Shown: one piece after another, positions 35,831 to 48,500 of the stretch
How positions within the stretch are numbered: the first letter of the stretch is position 1
Layout of the letters: every line of letters starts with the position of its first letter
From: Octopus sinensis
Lineage: Eukaryota
Length of the DNA: 64,000 nt
Direction of reading: 5' to 3'
NCBI RefSeq assembly: GCF_006345805.1
Contig: NC_043005.1
Span: 5,952,001-6,016,000 of the forward strand
Notes under the pieces: model-generated
Databases searched by the model: none
What the model saw: only the letters and a program-made list of their open reading frames with translations
Told to the model about the DNA's origin: nothing
Made by a program: the position numbers and the translations under genes

Positions 35831-35860
35831 CTTTCTGATGAAGAGCCATGCTCGAACCAT
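35831..35860 (+). ncRNA. Hammerhead remnant
   Basis: cttt CTGATGA A GAGC-cat-GCTC GAAC: same layout as 3988-4022, but A15.1 and the helix I/III 3' strands are lost. The element ends in (TA)n at about 35950. Confidence 0.45.
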
Positions 35861-35944
35861 CATTTCCATCCTATTCTAACTAAATCTTTCACTGAGTGCT
35901 GATCTAATCACCCTTTGTTGTTTTTCCTGTTTTTATATTTTTGT

Positions 35945-35996
<52 letters not shown>

Positions 35997-36409
35997 AGAT
36001 GAGTGTGATAGGTGTTGTGCAGTAAAGAATTTCTGTTTAATCCTTTTGTTACCATATTTCTTTTGAAGTATACAATCATTGTTTCAATTAATTTTGGAAA
36101 TAAAGAATTTGGTAAAATAGTTTTATTATTATTAAGCTGGTGTTTGGAACATAGATTAACATGAAATTTTGATGGAAGGTTTTTAAGTGAGATCACTTCA
36201 ACTTTTTAACATTTAAACTGACCATATCAGGCCCAGATATTCTACCTGTTTTATGTTTAAAGTAGTCACACTTGGCCTTTCATACTAACCCTACAATACC
36301 ATTCTATAAATAATCACATCACTGAAATCTTGGAGCTATTAGATAATGCATTGTTGTTAGTGTTTTATTGTGTAATGGTTTAATTTGGTTCCTTCTTGAC
36401 CACATCTCA

Positions 36410-36720
36410 CCCTCTGTCCGTGTTTATGCCTCTGTTGATTAATGAGGCCGATTCTTGCATGGAAGAATCTGTTGCAAAGTTCACAAGGGATCCGAGGAGG
36501 AGGCTTTGGTTGTTGCAGCTTCCATTTTCTTTCTTGTCATTTCTCTCCCTCTTTCCTCTGTCATTCAGCTTCAAAATGGTCTGTCACAGTGGAGATGGAA
36601 TGATGCCAGCCGGACCTGTCCTGAGCTTTGATGCCCCAGGATTTAGGATCGATTCCAGTCAGTTTCAGGCCTTGCTTCAGCTGATCCTTGTATCAATGGA
36701 GGGGACAGCTGTACCAGATA
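36410..36720 (-). mobile_element. RTE (BovB-like) LINE 3' end with C2H2 finger, decayed
   Basis: YKDQLKQGLKLTGIDPKSWGIKAQDRSGWHHSI...CELCNRFFHARIGLINQQRHK. Confidence 0.8.
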
Positions 36721-37009
36721 ATGCAGGATTAATCCAAGCCAATGTGAATAAATAAGCATTACATTTGACAGTAATCTGAAAGCTGAAGGGTTAAAATAGA
36801 AAGTTTCTATCATAGAACTAGAGATAATATCAAAAGAGTTAATGAGATCATCAAGATTGATAGAAACACCTGGCTCTAAGTCACAACAGGTGACAACTAA
36901 TTTTGTTCTGTTGTGCAGGAGTCTAGTTGTTGACATCTCTGGATGGCCTTTGGCAACTCTGGTGTCCAGTTTTGCAGTGGAAGGGGCTGAAATACCTAAA
37001 GAGTTACTT

Positions 37010-37240
37010 GGCCACTGTACAGGTGGCACATAAAAAGCACCATTTGAGCGTGGCCGTTGTCAGTACCACCTGACTGGCCCTCGTGCCGGTTGCACGTAAA
37101 AGCACCCACTATGCTTTCAGAGTGGTTGGCATTAGGAAGGGCATCCAGCTGTAGAAACTCTGGTTTGCCAGACCTCAGTCAAATCGTCCAACCCATGCCA
37201 GCATGGAAAGCGGACGTTAAACGACGATGATGATAATGAT
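37010..37240 (+). mobile_element. SINE with RTE-type tail ending in (GAT)n
   Basis: ggcacgtaaaagcaccc...ggaagggcatccagctgtagaaac...aacccatgccagcatggaaagcggacgttaaacgacgatgatg. Copies at 12560, 53410 (-), 60725 and 61905. Confidence 0.85.
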
Positions 37241-37710
37241 TATATATATATATATATATATATATATTGATATGTCTTGGGAGGGTCCTTATGCCAATAA
37301 TAATAACATATGCATTGGTTCAATATCACTTCTTTATTGTTAGTCAATTGGTTAGATATCTAACCAACTAATTGATCATTTGTTTAATGTTTTGGTTAAA
37401 CAATCGATGAATTGTTTGGTAGTCAAAGCCTTTTCATCATTATTTGCAATCTTCTCAGTGATTTGCCCTCTCTCTCTCTTCAAGGTCTGCTCTGAGTCTG
37501 TTTGAGAAGTGATCTTATACCTGTGTCTATCTATGCTTGTATATGTGTATGCTTATAAAAGGAGGTAAGGGTGAGAGTAAAAGAAGAGTTTGTCTGTGTG
37601 TGTGCATGCGTGCATGGGTGTGTGCATGAGTGTGTATACCCACGTGACTGCTTGTATGTGTGTGAGTGCATGTATATTAGCCACACACACATATATATAT
37701 ATTTATATAT

Positions 37711-37749
<39 letters not shown>

Positions 37750-40299
37750 GGTGGCATTACTGATGGTGGTAGAAGCTGTGAATAACTGGTTTTGACAAGG
37801 AATGGAGGACATTTGGGAAATAAAAATGACTTAGAATATGGTGAGGATTGGGGTTGAGTGGTGAGGGCAATCAATAGTAATAGCAATGGTGGGTAATGTG
37901 TGTGTGTGTGTGTGTGTGTGTACGGGTTGGGATTTGGAAATGTCTAAGAAAATTGATGGAGTTGGCGGGAGAGAGAAAGACAGAATGGTTGGATGGGTGA
38001 AAGAAGGCATAATTTGGTGCTTTAAAAACTGTTGCCATTTTAGAAGATGTTAGAAAATGCTCTAAGACATGTCACCTTCACTGGTACATCTCACCCTTAC
38101 CTATATCACCCCATCACCCTGACATTTCAAACAGTAATCTAACCTTCCACCCTGTTACTGGTTAATAGATTCTTTTTTGTCGAGGGGAGATGGCCACGTA
38201 TGGGGGGGAAGGGGGATTACTGCTATATTAAGGTCACATGATGTCTTTGGCAGTGGTCCAAAAAGTCTTCTTAGCGTTTAGCAATGATATTTTAATACTT
38301 TGGAATATGAGTGTCAGAGAATGTGTGCATGTCTAGACATTTATGTGTGTGTGTAAGGGTGTGTATGTATAAGTGCATGTATGTATGCTTATATATGAGT
38401 ATGTATTAGTGTATATATGTGTTTATATATTAGTATTTGTTTGAATGGATGTATGAGTGCATGTGTGTTTATATATGAGTGTGTGTGCTTGTGTAATGTG
38501 AATGTGCTTTAGTAATGTGTATGTGTGTGTACATTTATATGAGTGTGTAGATGTGATTTCTGTATATGTATTTATAAGTATTCATGAGTGTGTGTATATG
38601 TGTGTGTGTTATTGTTGTCCAGGTCAACTCTGGTTTAATGTCAAAAATCTTTTAACTGCAAGGACTACATTATCCAGTGCACCTTTTCTTCTTTTTTTAA
38701 GACAGTAGTCTGTATTTTGATGGAGATTTGGTTACTATTTCTAGCAGATTGAAGCTCCCTTGTTACATTTTTTTAATATATAAGCTTATATGTATGTTTG
38801 TATGTACACATGTGTGCATGTATATCTATAAGTATGCATGTATGTTTATATGTATGTTTATTTGTATAGATATATGAATGTATGTATATGTGTAATGGTG
38901 AGGGTGGATGGCCTAGTGGTTAGGGTGTTACATTCATGATCAGGAAGTCACAGTTTCAATTCCTAGACTGAGTGATGCATTGTGTTCTTGTGTCAAACAC
39001 TTCGTCTCGCATACCTCTGTGATCACTTCCACATCTTATGTATGGTAGTCTGTGCACCTGTTCAGGTAATGTCAATTTGATGGCAGGTACAGAACAAACA
39101 TTTGATCATTATAAACAAATCATTTGTACAGGTTGGTACTGCAAGAAATTGCAGAACCATTTTTCTTGGTCTACAAGTGACCATCACCATGTATGTGTAA
39201 GTATTTATGTATGTTTGTATGCATGCACCTGTATGCATGTACGTTTGTATTTATGTATGTTTGCATCTGTATGTAGTATGTAGGAATCTTTATATGTAAG
39301 TTGTAGATATGTATGGATGTGTGTATGTAAGTATTTATATGTGTTTATGTATGTTTGACTCTATGTATGTAATGGAAAGCTGTATGCATGTATGTATGTA
39401 TGTATGCATGCATGTTTGTATTGTATGTATGTGCTTATTGTATGTATATATGTGTTTATATGTTGTAGGTTCCCGTTCATTGACTAAATTATTTTACTCT
39501 TTTACTCATTTATTTGTTTCAGTCTTTTGACTGCGGCCATGCTAGAGCACCTCCTTGAGTTGAACAAATCAACCCCAGGATTTATTCTTTGCAAGCCTAG
39601 TACTTATTCTATTGGTCATTTTTTGCTGAACCGCTAAGTTATGAGGACGTAAACACACCAGCATTGGTTGTCAGGCGATGGTGGTGGGGACAGACACAGA
39701 CACACAAACATGCACACACACACACACACACTCACACACACCCGCGCACGTACACACACACACACACATATGATAGGTTTCTCTCAGTTTCCATCTACCA
39801 AATCCACTCACAAGACTTTGGTCGGCCTGAGGCTATAGTAGAAGGCACTTGCCCAAGGTGCCACGCAGTGGGACTGAACCTGGAACCACGTGGTTGGTAA
39901 GCAAGCTACTTACCACACAGCCACTCCCACACAGAGTTTCTGTCAGCAGATTTAATACAATCCCTTTGCTCTTGGGTACCTTTAATTGAGGCAACTGCTT
40001 TACAAGCATTCAGGTGAGGCTTCCAGTCTGAATAGGATACCTCCCCTCACCCCACCTGAAAAAAACTATAGGTACTGCCCCTTCCACTGTGACCCTTCAA
40101 AAGCCAGTCATCACCTGTGTATGAGTATGACCTGGTAACATGCACCACACTTTTGCTAATTGTCTTAGGGGTCTGTAGTTGTGAGGGGACACAAACATTT
40201 TCTTGACTCTGCCATGCTTTGACCGAGCAGCATATCCAGGATGCGACATCTGGGGAGAGAGAGGGGGGAAAGGGGGAGAGAGAGAAAGAGAGGGAGAGG

Positions 40300-40331
<32 letters not shown>

Positions 40332-40399
40332 TGCGCCAGAACTCAGTTGCAACTCATTTTCAGCTTAGTTGACTGGAGCAATGTGGAATGAAGTACCTT

Positions 40400-40598
40400 C
40401 AGTTCTATATTTAAGAGATGAGGAATTATGTACATTATTTACATTATTTACATTTGACATATTTGTCCTCATCTTGTTTGTTGTTAACACTATGTTTCGT
40501 CTGATATACCCACCAGCCTTCATCAGGTGTCTTGGGGAAATTTCGAACCGGGGTTCTCTTTCTTAAGATATTTTTCGATGTTATCATTATAATAATAA

Positions 40599-40629
<31 letters not shown>

Positions 40630-40776
40630 AATTATAACATTGAAAAATACCTTAGGAATGAGAACCCGGGTTCAAAATTTCCCCAAGACACCTGATGAAG
40701 GCTGGAGGATATATCAGCCAAAACATGTTAACAACAAACAAGATGGGGACAAATACCCGTCAAATGTAAATAATGT
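40400..40776. mobile_element. Head-to-head palindromic hammerhead element with a 12-bp TSD, inserted into an older SINE
   Basis: Arms about 40440-40590 and 40630-40776 surround (AAT)n. Each arm has gacac CTGATGA A GGCTG..CAG(C/A)C (G/A)AAAC. Flanked by ATGAAGTACCTT at 40388-40399 and 40777-40788. Confidence 0.85.
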
Positions 40777-42099
40777 ATGAAGTACCTTGTTCAGAGATAA
40801 TGTATGAAGTACCTGTGGGTTCAGGAATTGAACCAACAATGTTATCATGAGTCGAATGCTCTAACCATGAGGCCATGTTCCTTCACATCCCTCCAACACC
40901 TCCAAATAACTGGAGGGTCTTCATTATATTGTTGTTGTTATTGTTTAATCATCAATCATTTTAGCTTTTATGATTGTGAAAACAACATCCTTAATCACTT
41001 GGACGCACAAAACATATTGGTTTAAGATCCCTTCTTATCCTAAGGGATTCTCAACCAATATTTACCTGCTGTTATTTATAGTTTTATTTGCTTTGAGATT
41101 TAGCATTTCTATCAAAGAATTATTTCACATTCTTAAAGTTTCAACAGCAACAACAACAACAACACACACACACACACACGTGTGTGTGTTGTAAAAACAT
41201 TAAAAAGCTGTTAAATTAATTATATACATCTAGAATTATATTTATACAAATTAAGTATAATAATGTAAACACATTCTCTCTCTACCCTTGATTTATGGAA
41301 AAATCTGGAGGCATGGAGAGGTTGGGGAGACTCCCGATGATCCATTTCATGTTTAGTTGATATCAGAGAAGACTTACTCTCCCCCCCCCAAACCATTGGG
41401 TTTCCTCCATTTCTTCCACAAGTCAAGGACATTGTTGTAAATAATTAATTTATATAACTGTAATTATGATTATATTTAAATCATTTCATTGTCAAGGCTT
41501 CAAAATTTTTATATTAAATTCAGCATGACTGATTTATGATCTCTTATATATATATATATATATATTTATTTGTGTGTGTGTGTGTGTGTGTATGAATATA
41601 TATATATATACATACACACTTGCTCACACTCACACATGCATATACTTATGCACTTACACTCACAATCAGATTCATTAAATGTGTTAAATATATTTAGGGT
41701 TGCCTTTCTCTAAACTGTACAATATTATCCTCTTCAGATTTGGTAGTAACAGAATATTTATTTGACCCTTTATAATATTGGTCTGCCATCTTCTCTAGAT
41801 CTGGCCTTTAAGTCACTACAAGAAAACTAAATCTTTTCTTGATGAGATCACTAGAAATTCCTTATAGGTTATAAATATTGTGAAGAGGTGAGGTCACAAA
41901 GTACAGAGAAATAAGCAAAATATATGAGGCTTTAAGTTAACAAATTTGTCCTCTTTACTACCCAATAGACAACTGTCTTTTTTTTTCTTTCATATTTTAT
42001 GTGAGAGTCTTTCATTATCAACAGACAAAAGAAATAATCACATTTCTTTGAATACCAAGGTTAATTCAGGCAAAAATTTGTCTGAGTTTCTGAGTGGAA

Positions 42100-42510
42100 G
42101 AATCATTGTCATTATATACTAATATCTTTTTACTATTACCATTGAATTAGCATTGTTATAAGTAAGTATTAGTGTCCTCATCTTGGCTGTTGTAGTCACA
42201 GTGTTGCCACCATTATACTCTTCAGTCTTCTTCAAGAATTATCATTATTGTTTACTGATATGCTTGTATTAGTGTCTTCATCTTGGTTATTATAGCCAGT
42301 GCTTAGCTGCTGTCAGGAACTATTATTATTATTATCATTGTGATACACTGATATGTTATTTACTACTGGCCTCATCTTGATTGCTATAGTTACACTGTTT
42401 TGGCCATTGTACCCTCCAGCCATCTTCAGAAATCATCATTATTATATACTAATATAGTTGTAGTAATATCCTCGTCTTTGTTGCTTTAGTTACAATATTC
42501 TGACATTAGT
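42100..42510 (-). repeat. Decayed ~100-bp tandem array of a hammerhead-derived unit
   Basis: At least four units. The best (42385-42433) reads CTGAAGA TGGC tggagggtacaatg GCC AAAAC AGT GT A. The downstream caagatgaggac motif is shared with the 40400 element. Confidence 0.65.
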
Positions 42511-42984
42511 CTGAATAGAACAGTAACTTTACCTCGTATATGGCCACCAGCCTCTCTGCGACAAGTAATCTTTTAATGGCAATCAACTGGTTGGTTGCAG
42601 TTTTTCTGTGGAGTATTTAATTTTATTGAATTGTGGACAAGAAGTTATTGAAAAAAATGTTAGTAAAAGAGAAGAGGTAATAATTTAAGAAAAAAGGGTT
42701 TGAGAAGTATTGATCTAGGATACATAATAAACTGGTTTTGGAGAGAGATTTTAGCAAAAAAAAAAAAAAAAAGGCAAACTGCTTCAAACTTCTTTGATGC
42801 AGGGAAATGATCCAAGAATTGAAACCCTGATCTTGCAATTGTGAGGGCAACACCTTAATCACTAGGCTTGTGTGCTCGCAATATAAATATCATTATTATC
42901 AGTATCCTTTAACATCTGTTTACCATGCATGCACACATCTTGCCTTGTTGACCTGTCTGTTCTCGGCATTTGTCTTGTCTTGTC

Positions 42985-43190
42985 TTGAGACAACATTCAC
43001 CCGGGGTGGGTTGAGCTGGCTTCATTCATCCTCAATGCTGCATCTCTCACAAACGCCGACCAGACCTGGTGATTTGCGGCTAACGACTGCATGATCTCCA
43101 ACCACTCCTTATTCCAGCGGCAAACGCCATAGATATGGGGTCCTAGGTTGGGTTACAGATCAGCCTTGACTGTCATCAGCCAGGGTTTTT
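42985..43190 (-). mobile_element. RTE LINE 3' end with (CAAGA)n tail
   Basis: WLMTVKADL*PNLGPHIYGVCRWNKEWLEIMQSLAANHQVWSAFVRDA, then the tail caagacaagacaagac. Confidence 0.7.
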
Positions 43191-44419
43191 CTTGGCATTT
43201 GATTTTTTTATTTGATGAATTGCATTTACTTCTGCATGTCTCTCAGTTCCTATAGAATTAAATATAATTCTTCATGGAACTGAGAAATCAACATGAAATT
43301 TTGCTGGAAGGTTTTAATTCAGATCTCTTTAAAGCAGGAAGTTTGTGTCATAGAATCAGGGAGGTTAGTATCGAAAGGGTTAAGTGACATCCCACTGTCA
43401 TTGAATGATGTAGCCTGGTATACACAGTGTTTAAATGAAAAATGACTGGATGGTCATATCTGGGATGTTTTTGAACACAGGTTTGCTTAACTTGTTTCGT
43501 CACCATGAAATAGTCTTTCTTGCAATAAATTTTGAAAATAATGAAGAATTCATTAAAATAACTTTTTTCATTATTTAAGTAGGTATTTGGGATATTAATT
43601 AACACAAAATTCTAATGGAAGGAAGTTTTCATTTAAATCACTTTCAAACAGGAAGTCTGTATCATATAACCAGGGGTGGTCTCAGGCGAGTCGATAATTG
43701 GATGACGTAGTCTGGGATTTACATGGATTAAATACCTTTGTTTCAGTCATCAAAGATCAATGGTGAGTCAGGCTGGATTCCTACCTGAAATAGATTTAAG
43801 AGATTAACTAACAACAATTGATATTTAATTGGAATAACTACATTCATCACAATGTTTTATCAGAAATACAATGACAGAAGGGACAAGAAGGTTACAAAGA
43901 AACAGATTTGTTGGTGTCGGCATCGTTGTTGTTGTTGTTGTTGTTGGTGATGGTGGTGGTGGAGGCACAAAACTGTAATTATGCCATAAATTATGAAACT
44001 AATATAAATAAATAAATAACTTGAGTGTTTGGTATAAAGTTACCAGTGATGTATGTGGAAGCATTAGACATTGAATTATAAACCTGAAATCATAAGTTCT
44101 TTGCATTGACATGAAAATAAATGCAGCTAACTAAACAGTGACTCATCTGCTATCAAGTCTGATAAACCGTCTTATGGTAGGAGTTATGCACACACACTCT
44201 TTCATATATATGTGTATATATAGACACACACACACACACACGAGTAACATTGCAAATCTTTCTCAGAGAACATTACATGGGTGTCAATAATATCCACTTA
44301 GTGGTTATACAAAGTTTTTATTTTTATTTTTATTTACTTTTGGATAGTATTATTATTTATATTTTTCTTTCTTACCTTTTATTCAGAGAGAAAGTTTATA
44401 GTCTCCCCCCCTCTCTCTC

Positions 44420-44455
<36 letters not shown>

Positions 44456-45300
44456 TACACATATCATATATGCTTTCTTTTATTTTCACATGGATTTCAA
44501 GGTTTATAGCATGCTTAATAGTTAAACCTGCTTACAAAGAAGGAAGTTTTACAGGTTGTTACTTTTTAAGGTTACTCATTGCTTAGGATTTTGCTATTGG
44601 TTTTTGATTTTTTCTTTGAATATTTTACTTAATGATCTTTACATTTATTTGATAACTTTATTTGTATTATGCATTTATAACAATAACAGAAGTGTGTATA
44701 TGTATATATATATATTTACATATATATATACATACACACACAATGCATTTTTTACATAATTGCTTAAGGCTGACCTGACAAAATGAATATAGGTGAAGTT
44801 CCAATCAAATTACATCTATTATGCTTTTTTAAGATTATTTTGTTTTACTTTTATTACAATTTTATTTATTTTTTATTTATATATTTATACATTAAAAATA
44901 ACTACTTTGCACTTAATAAACCTTGGCTATGTAACTCAGTCATCTGACTTTTGTATTTACATTAGATTTTGGGTCAATATATTTCTTGATTACCTTCTCT
45001 CTTGTATTTCTGCAAATCCTGGACACAAGACAGAATGAATCAATGAAACAAACCTTGATATGGTTGCTTGACCTGCTAGAAATAGCAGCCAAATTTGTAT
45101 CAGTTTTATTTTTAATGGCTTGATCTGGAGGAAGGCATTGTGGCTCTGGCCTTTGCAGGCACTTAGTTGTACTGTACCATCATGAAAATGAAGAACATAT
45201 TTGATAATAAATTGAAACATTATTATTTCTAAATCTCTCAAAGAGAGATATTCAGTAGCAGTTCTTTAAAGTAAAGACTATTTGCCAACATAGTGTGGCT

Positions 45301-45370
45301 GTCTTAACTCCAGCTGGCTATACAACACAATACCTGTCTTAACTCCAGCTGGCTATACAACACAATACCT
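45301..45370. repeat. Perfect 35-bp tandem duplication
   Basis: gtcttaactccagctggctatacaacacaatacct x2. Confidence 0.95.
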
Positions 45371-45902
45371 GTGTCCTTATATTTTCGAATAGGGTGTCCC
45401 GCACCCCTATCCAGCACAAAGCAACAATGCAATTTAGAAAATGAAAACAAAATGAAAAAATGGATGGATGGTCAAAGCTGGTATGCTTTTGATCATAATT
45501 CTGGTTATTCAGTGCTGGTGTGGGTCCAAGCTACAGCAACAACTATACCAAGAGAACAGAACATAGGTATGTTTATTTGTAACATAGGATTTCCATATTC
45601 CTTATCTGTTCATAAGAATTAAATGATATTTGTTTTTTTATTACCTACAAGGGGCTAAACATAGAGGGGACAAACAAGGACAGACAAATGGATTAAGTCG
45701 ATTACATCGACCCCAGTGCGTAACTGGTACCTAATTTATCGATCCCGAAAGGATGAAAGGCAAAGTTGACCGCGGCGGAATTTGAACTCAGAACGTAACG
45801 GCAGACGAAATACGGCTATGCATTTCGCCCAGTGTGCTAACCTTTCTGCCAACTCGTCGCCTTATAAGAATTAAATAATATTGAAATATGTACTAATTTT
45901 AG

Positions 45903-46233
45903 CCCTTTTTGGTACCAGTTTGCCTGACAATGCCTCAGGTTCCTGTTTGAAAATTATCTGAATTAAAACCTATTAAAATTTCACGTTAATTTGTTCCAAA
46001 CACCAATTTTAATCCATTAACATTCAGGTGAGTCTGTTGGATGCAAGACTTGTTTATTCTCATTGTTTTGAATTATTCATACAATATTCCATAGCTTCAA
46101 GACTTTGATGATGTGATTGTTTAGTTTTAGACTGAAGTTGTAGGATAAGGTATGAAAGGCCGGATCTGGCAGGTTTAAACATAAAACAGGTAGAATATTT
46201 TGGCTGGATATGGCCAGTTTAAAAGCCAAAAGG
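45903..46233. mobile_element. piggyBac-like MITE, long variant
   Basis: ccctttttggtacc ... ccaaaagg|ttaa; body shared with 36045-36330. Confidence 0.7.
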
Positions 46234-46749
46234 TTAACAGTGACAAATTTATTTCACAAAATTCTTGGTTATTTTCTAGATTAATCCAAATGAAACGGAG
46301 TATTTCAACAGAAATATGGAAACAAAATGTTTGCTAGTATTCCATCTCATCTCAGTAGTTTTGTAAGTTGTGAGTGGGGTTACTGAGCAGCCTCTAGGGG
46401 CATTAAGTAAACTGTTTTCTGTTCTTTGTAGTTTTGCTGTGGGGAGAGACTTCAGTGGTTTCAGGGAGATTTGGTTATTTGTTTTAGCAAGTTGAGGAAC
46501 CACATAGATCTCTTCTTAGTTCATTGTCCTAATGTGGTATTATCTGCAGATATTTTCATATCTTCTCTCTGAAATGCTTGCAGTACAGGTGTACAAACAG
46601 AATTGGCCACTGTCTCATGTGTATATATATATATATATTATATATATAAATGTGTTATGTTTAATATTCATTATGTAATGCATAATATTTCTATATTATA
46701 ATTGCTTATGTAGTAAATGTTGTTTAGTTGATTTCTCAAGTCACATTTA

Positions 46750-46876
<127 letters not shown>

Positions 46877-48129
46877 AAAATAGAGAAACAGCTAATAGTC
46901 TTTTTGTAAATATCCAAATGAGAAATGTGTTTTATTTAATTTTATTTTAAGGGAATAAATATTATTCTTTTGAAAATTAATATTCATTTCTTTATTTTGT
47001 ATAAGCACCAACAAATTTGATAAAAATTAAATTATAATCATTATTGTATGTCTACCATATTCCATGGTGGCAAAAGTCTACTTCTCCAAACTCAACCCAT
47101 CATATGACAAGTAGCATTCTGGTTCATTATGTAATGTGCAATGTTCTACATGAGCATAACATTGATTATGTAATGCACAGCATCACATAATCTGCAATAT
47201 GCACTGTTCATTATGTAATGTGTAATTTTCATTTATGATATGTAATACTTCTCGTATGATGTGCAGTATTCTTTATGCGATGTGGAACATTTTCATGTAG
47301 TGTGTATTGCTTAAATATATGTTTATAATTTAGCATACAATGTTTATCATGCAATGTGTAATGTTCTTTAGGTAAAGTGAAATTTTCTTTGTGTAATATG
47401 TGTGTTGCTATACATGAAATGTATTCTTCGTCATGTAATGTGTAATGTTCCTCACATAACATTTTGTTCATCATGTAATATGTATGTAGATGATCCACCA
47501 TCATCTTCTCTGCCTCTGAGTATGACTGTTATTGTGACTTGTCATTCTTCTGTACCAGGTGTTTCGTTTATGAGGTGGGGTTGTTAGTCTTACACTCAAC
47601 ATTAGAAAAAGAAAGCCAGGGAGCCAATTCTGGTCTCTTTGGAGTAGAGTTTGCCTTCTCCTAGATGTTTTGTTTCCAAGGAGCTGAGAGCACCATCTGC
47701 CCCACCAGGCAATGCTGATTCAAAGGTAACCTTTACTTGCCTTATCACAGTACCATCATAAAGCTATTTTTGCAGCTTTAGTAAGTTCTTTGCTGCCACA
47801 CAATGGTCCACTGCACCCTAATGGTGGACTGGGTCTAAAAATATTGGTTGCCAGGAGACTAAGGGGGCCCATCTGCAACTACAATGCTATAATTTAATTT
47901 TTTTTTTGCTAAAAGTATTCTTTTCAACTGTCTACAAACACAGCCAGGCTGGAATAATAAAGGCATTCTTCGAGGAGTGAATAAAAAATTCTCAAACTTG
48001 AGAGGATGGGCCCCTTAGATACTAACAAGGGCCCCCATATATGGATTCTCATGGCGCAGGGACCCACTTGCCTTCGGACAAGCTGGCAACCTGGCCGGTC
48101 CACCTCTGACTGTAGCTGTTGGTCTGTGA

Positions 48130-48500
48130 CTGCTTATTCGTCAGACCTGTATCTACTTATTTTGCAGCTGTCCTGCATATCTGAGGGAACACTCCACCAT
48201 CTGCCACCTGTGGATGGGCCCAGTACCTGTCAGCTCTGGTTCATGAAGATTGTTATTTGTCAGACATATGGCAACCAGAACACAGGCTGACATACACTGC
48301 ATTGACATGGATACCTGCTCGGAGCAAATGGGGGAGAGGAAGACCTCCCAAAATCTGGTGTAGCACCAACTCTGCAAAAACTTACAGGAACAGCAATTGA
48401 CCTGGACTGAAGCAAAAATGGCTGCAGCAGATCGCTGCCGGCGGAGACAACTCATTGCCCAATGTTCCGTTAGGAACAGGAAGTACCGAGGCTAAGACTA
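48130..48500 (+). mobile_element. RTE LINE 3' end, decayed
   Basis: Frameshifted ALTWIP..GRGRPPKIW...LTWTEAKMAAADRCRRRQLIAQCSVRNRKY. Confidence 0.75.

Noticed and set aside
41013-41062. Small hairpin tattggtt..tccctt/aaggga..aaccaata
   Set aside because: No intact ribozyme core on either strand, and the stem is too interrupted for a miRNA call.
46020-46035. Consensus donor CAG|GTGAGT on the + strand
   Set aside because: It lies inside a piggyBac-like MITE, with no credible exon.
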